DNA of 61,442 nucleotides, the filler included. It is 5 parts of 5 records of this genome, joined end to end, with 100 filler letters (N's around TTAATTAATTAA, not from the genome) between each part and the next. Parts side by side here need not be neighbours in the genome. Positions count along the whole stretch, not along the records: positions 11,631 to 35,060 come from SRR20825006_1504; 4 more parts are not named here. One strand, given 5' to 3'. Under the pieces are notes generated by a model, which did no database searches, was not told where the DNA came from, and was given only the letters and a program-made list of their open reading frames with translations. This document shows positions 18,027 through 27,594 of this stretch, one piece after another. The translations under genes and the position numbers were made by a program. Within the stretch, counting starts at the first letter, position 1, and each line of letters opens with the position of its first letter.

Positions 18027-18157
18027 GAGCTTCTCTTATTCAAGGGAGTTGGCGCCGCGAGTTGATCCAGGGTTGCTGTGTGCAGCGCGGTGAAATGTGG
18101 CCCTCATGTCTTCGATGGAGGGCACAGCTTGTAGGAGAGGAGGCCTCTCGGTTGCTA

Positions 18158-18176
18158 ATTGAAAATCGTTCTCAAA
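18158..18176. promoter_or_regulatory. Fur-type box ATTGAAAATCGTTCTCAAA upstream of phnD
   Basis: Near-palindromic TTGAAAAT-C-GTTCTCAA, an AT-rich island in GC-rich DNA about 130 bp upstream of the phnD start. Confidence 0.65.
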
Positions 18177-18259
18177 AAGAACGGCGCACCTTCCTTCCCA
18201 AATTTTCTCCGAGTTTGCAAGCGGACTCACAGAGAAGGTTTTTTGGCGGTGAGCGGCGC

Positions 18260-18337
18260 GAGAAAAATGGAGGCGCGCTTTTTTCCAGTCCGTTCGGGCC
18301 TTGTTTGCCTGGAAAATAGCGCGCCTCCATTTTTCTC
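18260..18337. repeat. 29-bp inverted repeat (1 mismatch, 20-nt loop)
   Basis: gagaaaaatggaggcgcgcttttttccag / ctggaaaatagcgcgcctccatttttctc. Confidence 0.9.
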
Positions 18338-18374
18338 TCAGCACCGCGAGGTCTGGCGCGGCATGTGTGCGCCA

Positions 18375-18429
18375 GAGAAAAGAAGAGGCCCGCAGCTTGC
18401 CAGACTCGCTGCGGGCCTCTTCTTTTCTC
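18375..18429 (-). terminator. strong hairpin, likely hppD terminator
   Basis: Perfect 22-bp stem gagaaaagaagaggcccgcagc/gctgcgggcctcttcttttctc just past the hppD stop. Confidence 0.8.
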
Positions 18430-18441
18430 GTGGCGTTCGTA

Positions 18442-19581
18442 TCAGTTGATACGGTCGGCCTGATCGCGCTCGATCGACTCGAAGAGCGCGCGGAAGTTTC
18501 CGCCGCCAAAGCCGGGGTCACCCTTGCGCTGGATGAGCTCGACGAAGAAGGGGCCAGCCTTTGGCTGCTCGTAGAGCTGCGCGGCTTCCTTCATGAAGAT
18601 CTGGAGGAGGTACTTCTCCTCGGCGCCGTCGACGAGGATGCCCGTCTCGCGAAGGACATCGTAGTCCTCATCGATCTTGGAGACGCCCTGCTCGGCGAGT
18701 CGGCCGGGGGCGGAGTCGTAGTAGTTGGGGGGCGTGTAGAGGAACTCGACGCCGGTCTCGCGCAGGTCCTTGACAGCCGAGATGATGTCGCGCACGCCAA
18801 AGGCGGCGTGTTGGACACCGGGGCCGCCGAAGTCGTTGAGGTAGACCTGGATCTGGGAGTTGTTGAAGAAGGGGCGCGCGGGTTCGTTGTTGGCGAACTT
18901 GACGCCGCTCTCCTCGTCCCAGACCACGATCGACTTCAGCCCCGAGCCCGACTGGCGGGTGGGGTCGATGTCGCTCGTGTGGAAGGCGATCTCCCAGAAC
19001 TGCTCGAAGCCCATGACCGACTTGCACCAGTCGATGAACGGCTTGAGTGTGCGCATGTTCGAGGTCAGGTGATCGATGCCCGCGAAGTCAAAGCGGTTGG
19101 TTCCGCCTTCCTTGACGCTGTCCCAGCCGGGAGCGTGGCGATCGTACTCCTTGCGCTCGACGAACCCGTAGGTGGTGTTCCCGAGCGGGGTGACGATCTC
19201 GAAGTGGCGGTAGGTGCCGCCGTTCTCTTCGATGGTGCGGATCTCGTCGATGATCGTCGCGCCGCGAGCTTCGAGCGTCTCGAAGGCGAACTCGATATCC
19301 TGCACGCGGAAGTTCACGGTCGTGATCCCTGCGGCGTAATTCTTGAGGTGCAGCGCTGGAGCGCTCGAATCGGAGGTGGACTCGACGACCTCGAGGTCGA
19401 TGTTCCTGGCCGAGTAGACCTCGCCCTTGTAACCGTGCTCCTCGGTGAACGCCTCGGCGGTTCGCGCAGTGATGGCGAAGTCGAGCTTGTCCACGTAGAA
19501 CTGCCTGCTTCGTTCCAGATCCAGGGTGACAAAACGAACGCTATCGTACCCGATGATCCCAAGGTTTTTCTTCTCTGACAT
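18442..19581 (-). CDS. hppD: 4-hydroxyphenylpyruvate dioxygenase
   Basis: IDHL, SGLKSIV, NEP, SQIQ.YL, GPGVQH, LLQIF and FF.ELIQRKG..GFG.GNFRALFESIE motifs. Confidence 0.95.
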   Translation of the reverse strand: MSEKKNLGIIGYDSVRFVTLDLERSRQFYVDKLDFAITARTAEAFTEEHGYKGEVYSARNIDLEVVESTSDSSAPALHLKNYAAGITTVNFRVQDIEFAFETLEARGATIIDEIRTIEENGGTYRHFEIVTPLGNTTYGFVERKEYDRHAPGWDSVKEGGTNRFDFAGIDHLTSNMRTLKPFIDWCKSVMGFEQFWEIAFHTSDIDPTRQSGSGLKSIVVWDEESGVKFANNEPARPFFNNSQIQVYLNDFGGPGVQHAAFGVRDIISAVKDLRETGVEFLYTPPNYYDSAPGRLAEQGVSKIDEDYDVLRETGILVDGAEEKYLLQIFMKEAAQLYEQPKAGPFFVELIQRKGDPGFGGGNFRALFESIERDQADRIN

Positions 19582-19874
19582 CTCTCCCTCACCGATAAGT
19601 GACTCGTGATCCGCAGCGGCGTTCGGGATGAACCCACGCCATATTCGAGGAACCCGTATCGAATATCCCGCCTGCTGTAAAGACGTTGCCTGTGACGCGG
19701 TGCGCCATGAGGTCGCTTTTTAGAAAGATCGTTTATCGATCGAGGTGAGTGTTGTGAGGATCTGGATAGACGATCTCACAGTATGTAGGATACAGACGCC
19801 AAAGGTCCTTCGAGACAAAAATTAAGTGCTCGCCGATACGTTTCAAGCTGTGGTTTTAGCTGGATAGAATACCC

Positions 19875-21533
19875 ATGTTGTCGAAAGTGCGAATAAATCA
19901 GTTGTTGTGTGTGACCTTGTTTCTGGCCTCTTCGACGTCGGGTTGCGTCAAGCCGCCTGGCGGGAGCGCCGTGGATAAGGATATGGGTCCACCCGTCATG
20001 GCGGATATGGAGGTCATCCCCGATATGGCGGTGGAAGAACCTGTCGACATGGAGGGTGATCTCTCGCCGTCGGACGGCGTCGATGACATGCCTTTGGATG
20101 ATGGGATGGATCAGCCCGATGATATGTTGGTGTGCGAGCCAAACGTCGCGCGATGCGCCAGCGAGAGCGTGCGCGAGGTGTGTGATCCAGACGGCAAGGG
20201 CAAGCGCGCAGAGCCATGCGATGCCAGCGAGGTTTGCGTTGGCGGTGGCGTGTGCACGCCGCGTTGCGGCGAAGAGGCGGGTGAGGTTTGTGGGGTCGAG
20301 CGCCTCGCGGGTCTGGCGAGCGGTCCTCACGTGAACCGATGCCTTGGCACCTCGATCCTATCACTGGATCAGTACATCCTGGCGGGAGATCCCTGCGCCG
20401 ACCTCACCTCACCAGCGGCGGGGCTCGTGCAGGCGATGCAATTCGATGACGGGGCGCTCGTCCCAAAGGTCGTCCTCGATGGAGGAGGTGCCGCAGGTCG
20501 CTTTGGCACCTCGATGGCCATCTTGAATGGGGATCTGTTTGTCGGAGAGCCCGATGGGAACACCACCGGCTCGATCCATTACTTTTCAGAGATCGAGGAG
20601 ATCATCAGCAACGGCAACGGCAGCGGCAGAGTCTTGAGCGACTGCGCGCTCACCCCCGAGTCAGGGCTCGAGTCTCAGGCGTGGGGAGAGGTGCTGGCTG
20701 TTCTTCCCGAGCACCGTCTGCTGTTCGTGTCGGATCCCGAATGGAATTCGAACAGCGCGGTGTCTATCGGTCGCGTTTACGTCTACGAGGTGGCGAGCCG
20801 CGTCGACTGCGGGATGCTCGGTAACGCGCTCGAGCTTCGCGCGACGCTTATACCTCCGAACAGCGAGACCGTGGATGGATTTGGCGCGGCGATGGATGTG
20901 AGAGTCCGCACGCTCGATGGTATCGAGACGGTCGAAGTGTTGATCGGTGCGCCTGGGGAAGATGGCGCGTTGTTTGCCGCATCGGTGGCGGTCCAGGCGC
21001 TGCTGACGGGGAACTCCAGCGCTGTGTTGCTCGCGGGCCTCGTCGCTCACGGCGACGAGTACCAGGTCAGCGAGCTTGGCAACGCGGTGACCTTTGCTAC
21101 AGAAGAGGTATGGGCCTATGCATCAGCAACAGGCGCTGAAGACAATGACGCGTTCTATGTCGTTGACTTCGAGGGGGACTCTCCAGCGCTTTCTCCGCTG
21201 GGCGTTTCTTCACCAGCGCTGTCGGATTCGAGCGTGGGGCTCACGCTGCACGCGCCTGTAGGAGGGGGTGGCTTTTGGACCTCTGCCATATCGAGCGACG
21301 AAAACCACCTGGCCCATGTCGCGGTCGATTCAGCAAAGCAGTCGGAGGTGACCTGGGTGATCGCGCTGAGTGACTTGTTACAAGATGGCGCGATGATGCC
21401 TTTATCGAGGTTTGGCGAGGCGTTGATCAGCTTCCAGGGCGGGCGCTATCTCATCGTGGGCGCACCTGGTTGGAGTGATGATGGCTCTGATACAAGAGGT
21501 GCGTTGTTCACGATCGATTTGGGGGGAGAGTGA
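19875..21533 (+). CDS. lipoprotein: Asp-Met linker, Cys-rich module, FG-GAP (integrin-alpha-like) beta-propeller
   Basis: Lipobox TSGC; DM repeats; about 7 blades (RFGTSMA..VGEP, GFGAAM..IGAPG, RFGEAL..VGAPG). Confidence 0.75.
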   Translation: MLSKVRINQLLCVTLFLASSTSGCVKPPGGSAVDKDMGPPVMADMEVIPDMAVEEPVDMEGDLSPSDGVDDMPLDDGMDQPDDMLVCEPNVARCASESVREVCDPDGKGKRAEPCDASEVCVGGGVCTPRCGEEAGEVCGVERLAGLASGPHVNRCLGTSILSLDQYILAGDPCADLTSPAAGLVQAMQFDDGALVPKVVLDGGGAAGRFGTSMAILNGDLFVGEPDGNTTGSIHYFSEIEEIISNGNGSGRVLSDCALTPESGLESQAWGEVLAVLPEHRLLFVSDPEWNSNSAVSIGRVYVYEVASRVDCGMLGNALELRATLIPPNSETVDGFGAAMDVRVRTLDGIETVEVLIGAPGEDGALFAASVAVQALLTGNSSAVLLAGLVAHGDEYQVSELGNAVTFATEEVWAYASATGAEDNDAFYVVDFEGDSPALSPLGVSSPALSDSSVGLTLHAPVGGGGFWTSAISSDENHLAHVAVDSAKQSEVTWVIALSDLLQDGAMMPLSRFGEALISFQGGRYLIVGAPGWSDDGSDTRGALFTIDLGGE

Positions 21534-21592
21534 GCGCTCGCAAAGCTTCGAGCGTGTCCGATGGTCGACAGAGAGATGTGAAGGAACGAGAG

Positions 21593-23425
21593 ATGACAGA
21601 TATGAGAATGAACGCGGTGATGTTTTTGGCGCTCGCTGGTCTGGCGCAAGGTTGTGTGGGGACTCCTTCGGGGAGCTCGACGCCAACCGATACAGAGGAC
21701 ATGTCGATGACCGACATGTCGAGCGAACTCGATATGCCAGCCAACGATATGTCACTGGGTGAAGAGATGGGGACCGAGGAAGACCTCGACCCACCCATCG
21801 ACATGGCGATCGAACCTGACATGCCAGCGGATATGCCGGTCGAGGTCGATATGCCGGTCGATATGGCGTGCGAGCCGACCTCGTGTGAGAGCCCACTGAG
21901 CGCGCCTGCCTGCGATGGTCGGGCGTCTGATGTGGCGTCTTGCGTGGACTCGGATCTGCGGTGTCGCGACGGCCAGGGGTGTGTGTCCCCTGACGCGAGC
22001 TGCATGTTGAGCAAGGCGACCGTCGAGTGTGCGGCCGTCACCGATCGCGAATCGCCCTCCTCGGATGTCCACTCGATGGGGCGCGCGCTCGCGGTGAGCG
22101 CCGACGGGCAGTTCCTGGCGGTGGGCGCGCCTGCGCCGCAGCAAGGCCAACAGATCGGGACCAATCAGGTCTTGCTTTACCAGCGCAGCACGAACGGGCG
22201 GACCTGGGAGAAGGAGAGTTTTCTCATCGAGTCGGATTATATGGAGTTTGGCGCTCGGATGGTCTGGGGAGAACCCGACAACGAGAACGCGCCGATCCCA
22301 TTGTTCGTGGCAGCTCCGCGTTGGCAGCCTGAGGGGTTTAACGAGCCCGTCGGCATGCTCCGCGGTTACCTTTGTACGCCGAAAGTGAACGAGATCGTTT
22401 GTGAGCGCGAGCCCGCGCTCGATCTCGAGGGGCTCGCCGGGCAGCTGCAGTTCTTTGGAAACCGCTTCCAGATCAGCCCTGATGGGGAGGTGCTCTTCGC
22501 GTCTTATCGCGGTCGCAGCACCAACGGCAACCCAGACTTCGCGAGCAGCGGCGTCGGCATTTTCAGGCGTCAGAGCACGGGGTGGTGTCTGGTCGGACGC
22601 ATCGAAGGTGATCGCGTCAGCAATCGCTTCGGCGTGGATATGCAGGTTGCCTGGGCCCCGGATAAGGCGACCCTCGTGATCGGCGCGCCGGGGACCGGGA
22701 GCGGCGCGTTCGATGGGTTTGGCTTCGTGCTCGATGTCAACTTTGGCGAGCTGCCAAGTACATGCATCGATCAGCTCGGCGCAGCGCCAGTCTTCAGCGC
22801 GACGACGCTCGATGTCGAGGAGAGCAACATTGCTCTTGCCGGTGCTGGCGTCGCCATTTCTCCGAGCGGCGAGACGATCGCGGTCTCCATCCCGACGCTG
22901 TTGGTGCAGGGCAAGACCCAGGGTGGTTTTGTCATCTTCCGCAAGGATGAGGCATCAGGGGAGTGGAAGCGTCAGTACGACGTCCGAGGGAGCGCGCCTG
23001 GCAGCTACTTTCGCGCAGGAGGAGACGCGGGGCCTGCGTCGATGGGGCAGCGGATGGCGTTTTTTGGCGACGATTACCTGGTCGCGGTGGGCGAGTATGA
23101 CTCGTCTGAGAACGAGACAAACGACGATTGCGTGTTCCGCACCAACGATCGCCTGGAGCTCCACCTCTTGAGAGAAGAGGGGGCGGAGCTGATGTGGTCG
23201 AAGAACACGCCGTTGGGGACCTTCTCTAAGTATGGCTCTGATCTCGTCCCGCTGGTGAACGAGAGCACCGAGGAGGTGCGGCTGTTATCTGGAACGGAGG
23301 GGAGGGGGCAGACGTTCGCGCGCCCCATACCTGGAGAGAGCTGCGCCTACACCTCGGTTGATGGGAGCGGTGGGTTTACCGACGAGCTGTTGGTGGTCAC
23401 GGAAGACTTCGATCTCTTCCAGTGA
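21593..23425 (+). CDS. lipoprotein: Asp-Met linker, Cys-rich module, FG-GAP beta-propeller (same architecture as the upstream gene)
   Basis: Lipobox LAQGC; DM repeats; blades MGRALAVS..VGAP, FGARM..AAP, RFGVDM..IGAPG; start placed at ATG 21593 behind an RBS. Confidence 0.75.
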   Translation: MTDMRMNAVMFLALAGLAQGCVGTPSGSSTPTDTEDMSMTDMSSELDMPANDMSLGEEMGTEEDLDPPIDMAIEPDMPADMPVEVDMPVDMACEPTSCESPLSAPACDGRASDVASCVDSDLRCRDGQGCVSPDASCMLSKATVECAAVTDRESPSSDVHSMGRALAVSADGQFLAVGAPAPQQGQQIGTNQVLLYQRSTNGRTWEKESFLIESDYMEFGARMVWGEPDNENAPIPLFVAAPRWQPEGFNEPVGMLRGYLCTPKVNEIVCEREPALDLEGLAGQLQFFGNRFQISPDGEVLFASYRGRSTNGNPDFASSGVGIFRRQSTGWCLVGRIEGDRVSNRFGVDMQVAWAPDKATLVIGAPGTGSGAFDGFGFVLDVNFGELPSTCIDQLGAAPVFSATTLDVEESNIALAGAGVAISPSGETIAVSIPTLLVQGKTQGGFVIFRKDEASGEWKRQYDVRGSAPGSYFRAGGDAGPASMGQRMAFFGDDYLVAVGEYDSSENETNDDCVFRTNDRLELHLLREEGAELMWSKNTPLGTFSKYGSDLVPLVNESTEEVRLLSGTEGRGQTFARPIPGESCAYTSVDGSGGFTDELLVVTEDFDLFQ

Positions 23426-23454
23426 TGTGCGGGTGATTTGTCCGCCGCGCGGGC

Positions 23455-24072
23455 TCAATCGAAAGAGGAAGAGAACCAGGCGCCATCCTCGCGGTGTTGT
23501 TTGAGGCGATCGAGGATCTCGCGCACGATGGGGATCCCGAAGTCATCCATGTTCCTCGGGTTTCTCCAGAAGCGTTCGGTGTCACCGCGACCCTGGGCGG
23601 CGTACTGGAGGGTCTTGGCCATCATCTGGATATGGTCGGCGGCCTTGACGACGCGCGCCTCGAGGGTGTCGCGCGCCTCGTAGCGATCGTAGGTGGCGCC
23701 CCAGGATTCCGGGGCGCCATCGAGGATCTTGTGCGCGGCCTTGTGTTCGGCTTCATCGAGCACATCCTTCCCGACAAAGTATTTCACGGGGCCAGGGAGA
23801 TCGGTCATGATCGCCTCGCCGATATCGTGAATCAGCGCCATGCGCATCACGGTTTCACTGCAGCAGTCATCGCCGAGGGTGTCTGCGATCCAGAGCGCGA
23901 TCAGCGTCACCATATAGGTGTGCGCGGCGACGGACTCCGGTGAGGAGACGCCGCTGATGAGCCAGCCGGTGCGGGGGAGCGCCTCGAGGCGCTCGGCGCG
24001 GTTGATGAGTCGGATGAGCGCATCGATCGGATCGGAGTCCGTCTCGGGGAGCGGGGTGTACGAGCTTTTCAT
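23455..24072 (-). CDS. HD-domain hydrolase (YfbR/HDDC2-like 5'-deoxynucleotidase family)
   Basis: RTGW...ESVAAH, ALIHDIGEA..TD, EARVVKAAD; start at ATG 24072. Confidence 0.88.
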   Translation of the reverse strand: MKSSYTPLPETDSDPIDALIRLINRAERLEALPRTGWLISGVSSPESVAAHTYMVTLIALWIADTLGDDCCSETVMRMALIHDIGEAIMTDLPGPVKYFVGKDVLDEAEHKAAHKILDGAPESWGATYDRYEARDTLEARVVKAADHIQMMAKTLQYAAQGRGDTERFWRNPRNMDDFGIPIVREILDRLKQHREDGAWFSSSFD

Positions 24073-24173
24073 GAGATCTCTGCCTTTGACGGGAGTCGAG
24101 GAGCTGACGGGCGAAGGTTTAAGGCGCCCGGCGTCATGATGCAAGACGCAGTCGTATAATAAGGAGTGAGAGG

Positions 24174-24737
24174 ATGTCGCGTGTGTTGGTGTGTGGTGGC
24201 GAGGAGTTGTTTTTGGGGGCGCTGCGCGAGCGGTTTGGCGCGAGGGGGATCGAGGTGAGCGCGTGGTCGAGAGGAGAGGAGCGATTGGAGCAGGCGATGC
24301 GCGGGAGCGCGGGCGCGATCGTGGAGGTTCCCTGGGAGGCGTTGCTCGAGGGGGGAGATGAGCCAGAGGTGCTCGGGCGAGGCGTGAGGTTTGTGCGCGA
24401 GGTGATGGATGGGGCGCTCTCGGGTGGCGTGGTCAAGGTGTCGTGGTTGTTTGACGCGAGCAACATGGGGGATGCGCAGGACGAGGAGGGGATGTATGTG
24501 CCTGGGAGCGGCGGCGAGCTGCGCGCGTTACTCAGCTGGGTGATGGAGGGGGAGCTGTCGCGGTATATGGGAGGAGAGGGGGCGCACCCTGTAATCGGGC
24601 TGTGCGCGCGTGATCTGGATACAAGGGAGCGCGCCAGGGGGGCGAGGCTGATGCTCGAGAGGGGGAAGCCAGGGCGTCGCTACAAGCTCTCGCTGGGGGA
24701 GAAGAGCGAGCGTTCAAGCGGCGAAATCGGTTGGTAG
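24174..24737 (+). CDS. hypothetical protein, degenerate NAD-epimerase/SDR-like
   Basis: MSRVLVCGG Rossmann-like start and LERGKPGRRY C-terminal motif; GAGAGG RBS. Confidence 0.5.
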   Translation: MSRVLVCGGEELFLGALRERFGARGIEVSAWSRGEERLEQAMRGSAGAIVEVPWEALLEGGDEPEVLGRGVRFVREVMDGALSGGVVKVSWLFDASNMGDAQDEEGMYVPGSGGELRALLSWVMEGELSRYMGGEGAHPVIGLCARDLDTRERARGARLMLERGKPGRRYKLSLGEKSERSSGEIGW

Positions 24738-24954
24738 GAGGATGTAGGGTAGAATTTGCGAGAGAGACGCTGGACCATCTCCGATTCGTTTGTTATTCTG
24801 CAGCGGTAGGGTAAAACGGAGAACGCGCCGACGCACAAAAACAATTCAGGCAGCTCATCTTTGGGAACCGGCTTCAGAAATTGGGTGTGAAGTCAACAGA
24901 CCCGAGTCGAGAAGCCGAACTATCCTTCGTCCAAGAGGGCAGCACGGAGAAGCC

Positions 24955-25812
24955 ATGGCTAAGAAGAAACTGTTGATCGCGGCGATCGTCGTCGGTGCTC
25001 TTGCGGCGATTCTGATGGCGCTTTACGCCCAGCAGATGAACAAGGAGAAGCAAGAGCTCATCGGTGAGACGGTGGCAGTCGTCAAGGCTGCACGCAACAT
25101 CCCGGCGGGCACTCCGCTCACGCAGGACTTGGTGACCACCGATCAGGTGCCACGCAAGTTCCTTCCCCCCAACCCGATCATGAAAGACGATCTGGGCATC
25201 TACCTCGATACGCCGCTGGCGGTGAACGTGACGGAGGGGTCGATGATCCTGACGAGCGATTTCTCGGTGGCCGAGGTCTCGAGGGATCTCTCGGGTAAGA
25301 TTCCGGCGGATGAGCGCGCGCTGTCGATCCCTGTGGACGCCATCAGCGGCGTCTCCGGGTTGTTGACACCAGGTGATCGCGTCGACTTGCTCGGCACCTT
25401 CCCGGTCTCCTCGAAGGAGGAGTTGATCCCTGACGCGTCGGGCGGCGGCAGCGTCGGCTACGTGACGATGACGTTGCTCCAGAACGTGACGTTGCTCGCG
25501 GTCGGCCAGCAGCTCTCGAGCGTGAGCGCGCAGCAGGACGGACGTCGCAACAACTACTCGACGGTGACGCTGTCGGTGACGGTCGACGAGGCCGAGTTGC
25601 TGACCATCGCGCAGACGCGCGGTAAGTTGATGCTCCTGCTTCGTAACCGCGAAGACATCAAGACTGTGGCTGTGACCAAGCGCACCTTGAAAGAGGTCCT
25701 CCAGGATCTCGAGGTCATCCAGGAAGAGCGCGTCAAGCGCGTCAAGCGCAAGGTTCGCAAGAAGCCGGTCGTCAAGAAGCCAGCCATCGACATCAGCTCG
25801 GGTAACCAGTAA
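24955..25812 (+). CDS. cpaB: Flp pilus assembly protein CpaB
   Basis: N-terminal TM helix, SAF domain (VV.AARNIPAG), RALSIPVD..SGVSGLL.PGDRVD and LLQNV..LAVG. Confidence 0.92.
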   Translation: MAKKKLLIAAIVVGALAAILMALYAQQMNKEKQELIGETVAVVKAARNIPAGTPLTQDLVTTDQVPRKFLPPNPIMKDDLGIYLDTPLAVNVTEGSMILTSDFSVAEVSRDLSGKIPADERALSIPVDAISGVSGLLTPGDRVDLLGTFPVSSKEELIPDASGGGSVGYVTMTLLQNVTLLAVGQQLSSVSAQQDGRRNNYSTVTLSVTVDEAELLTIAQTRGKLMLLLRNREDIKTVAVTKRTLKEVLQDLEVIQEERVKRVKRKVRKKPVVKKPAIDISSGNQ

Positions 25813-25839
25813 GAATCACTGGTACATCGCCGAATTCAG

Positions 25840-25889
25840 GAGACGCCGCGGGTTCCTTCTCAGGGAGTCCGCGGCGTCTCTCTTTTCTT
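25840..25889 (+). terminator. intrinsic terminator after cpaB
   Basis: gagacgccgcgg...ccgcggcgtctc stem followed by tcttttctt. Confidence 0.75.
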
Positions 25890-26154
25890 GGCAGGTTGTT
25901 TTGTGGCGCGCCCCTCGAAGCGTCTGTACGAGCAGCCTCGTGTAGGAATCATGATGGCGTGAATCCAGGGAGCATGTTAAGAAAGATGAGAAGTGACTGA
26001 TTGGAAGGTGTCATGCAACACCCAACCACGCCGAGTTCCGTTTGAAGGGGCGCGATAGGGTTTGGTTTTGCGGTGGTCTCGAAGGGATGGAACGTTCGGG
26101 CTACCAGCACCATGGAAAAACTGATTGCGGTGATGGCGCAGGGGAGCTCTGAGT

Positions 26155-27588
26155 ATGTTCAATCGCATGGTGGCTGGCTGTACGGTAGCGGTGATGGGGC
26201 TGATGGCCCTGAGTGGAGAGGCGCACGCGCAGCAGCCTGACAAGGAGTTCACGATCGCCATCGGCGAGACGTTGACCTTCTCGGCGAGTGGTATCTCGCG
26301 TGTGTTCGTCGGTATCGATACGATCGCCAACGCCAAACCGAGCGCGGACGGTCGCCAGATCATCGTCACGGGGCTGACGTCCGGCGTGACGACGATGAAC
26401 TTCTACTCGCGAAACAACCAGAAGACGATCCTGGTGCGCGTGGTGGGGATCAACCCGCTCTCGCTCGCGCAGGAGGTCCGCACGGTGCTCGGAGAGCGCT
26501 CGGGCGTGGATGTTCGCGTGGTCAACGGGCGCGTGTTGCTCGAGGGCGAGGTCGCCAGTGAGACCTTCAAGAAGCGCATCGAGAAGCTCGTGGTGCTCTA
26601 TCCCGACCAGGTCTTGAACTTCACGACCTTCCGCGAGTCTTTCGTGGAGGGCGCGAAGATGGTGGCGGTGGAGGTGGACTTCATCCAGCTCGCGGTGACC
26701 GATCGCGATCAGCTCGGCGTGAAGTGGGGCCAGTTCTTTGGCGCGAACCTCGCGTTCGGATCGGGCGATGTGCCGCTCTTCTACCCGGCTGGCGGCGCAG
26801 GTGGCGGCGCGGGCGGGAACGGCCTCGGGCCAGGCGTGTTGCCGAGCGATCCTCCCAACCCCGCGAGGCTCCCTTCGCCAGCGATCGGGCTGACGGGCGG
26901 GCAGGGGTTGACCTCTTACTTCTCCGTCGTTGGTAACCTGAACATGGCGCTCGATCTGTTGGTCGAGCACGGCCTGATCAAGACGCGCCAGCATGGCGTG
27001 ATCGTGACCGAGGCGGGTACCGAGGCGACCTACCAGGTCGGCGGCACGCTGAACATTCGGGTGGCGACGGGGCTTGGCGCCTCGGACATCCGCGAGCTGC
27101 CTTATGGCCTCCGCGTGACGATCAAGCCGATCGTGGACGTCGACAACCGCGTCAAGCTCAACGTGGATGCTACATACAGCGAGCTCGACTACGCGAACGC
27201 GGTCGACTCCGTCCCTGGCATCCGCAACAGCAGCATCAAGGGCGTGGTCAACATGCAGGAGGGTCAGAGCGTGTTGCTCAGTGGGATCACGAGCAACCAG
27301 GTCACCTCCACAGAGCAGGGCTGGTGGTTGCTCTCGAAAATCCCTATCCTTGGGTGGTTGTTCAAGTCGCGCGACTATCTCGGCCAGCGCCTCGATAACG
27401 CGCTCTTTGTCACGCCACGCATTTACGAGCCAGGCGGCAAGGTGCACAAGACCCTCGTCAGAGGGGTCTATGACAGCATGCTCAAGAACGGTGTAGAGCC
27501 CACCGATCTCCCCGAGCTTTCGGACGCACCTGCGACCTCGAGTCGTAACACAGGTGGCGGGAGTGAAGGTGGCGGATTCGAGGAATGA
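26155..27588 (+). CDS. cpaC: Tad-type secretin (pil_N + BON + secretin domain)
   Basis: Signal peptide AHA; BON-like VLLEGEV; secretin motifs YGLRVTIKP, VPGI, LSKIPILGWLFKS and FVTP. Confidence 0.88.
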   Translation: MFNRMVAGCTVAVMGLMALSGEAHAQQPDKEFTIAIGETLTFSASGISRVFVGIDTIANAKPSADGRQIIVTGLTSGVTTMNFYSRNNQKTILVRVVGINPLSLAQEVRTVLGERSGVDVRVVNGRVLLEGEVASETFKKRIEKLVVLYPDQVLNFTTFRESFVEGAKMVAVEVDFIQLAVTDRDQLGVKWGQFFGANLAFGSGDVPLFYPAGGAGGGAGGNGLGPGVLPSDPPNPARLPSPAIGLTGGQGLTSYFSVVGNLNMALDLLVEHGLIKTRQHGVIVTEAGTEATYQVGGTLNIRVATGLGASDIRELPYGLRVTIKPIVDVDNRVKLNVDATYSELDYANAVDSVPGIRNSSIKGVVNMQEGQSVLLSGITSNQVTSTEQGWWLLSKIPILGWLFKSRDYLGQRLDNALFVTPRIYEPGGKVHKTLVRGVYDSMLKNGVEPTDLPELSDAPATSSRNTGGGSEGGGFEE

Positions 27589-27594
27589 GGTGTC

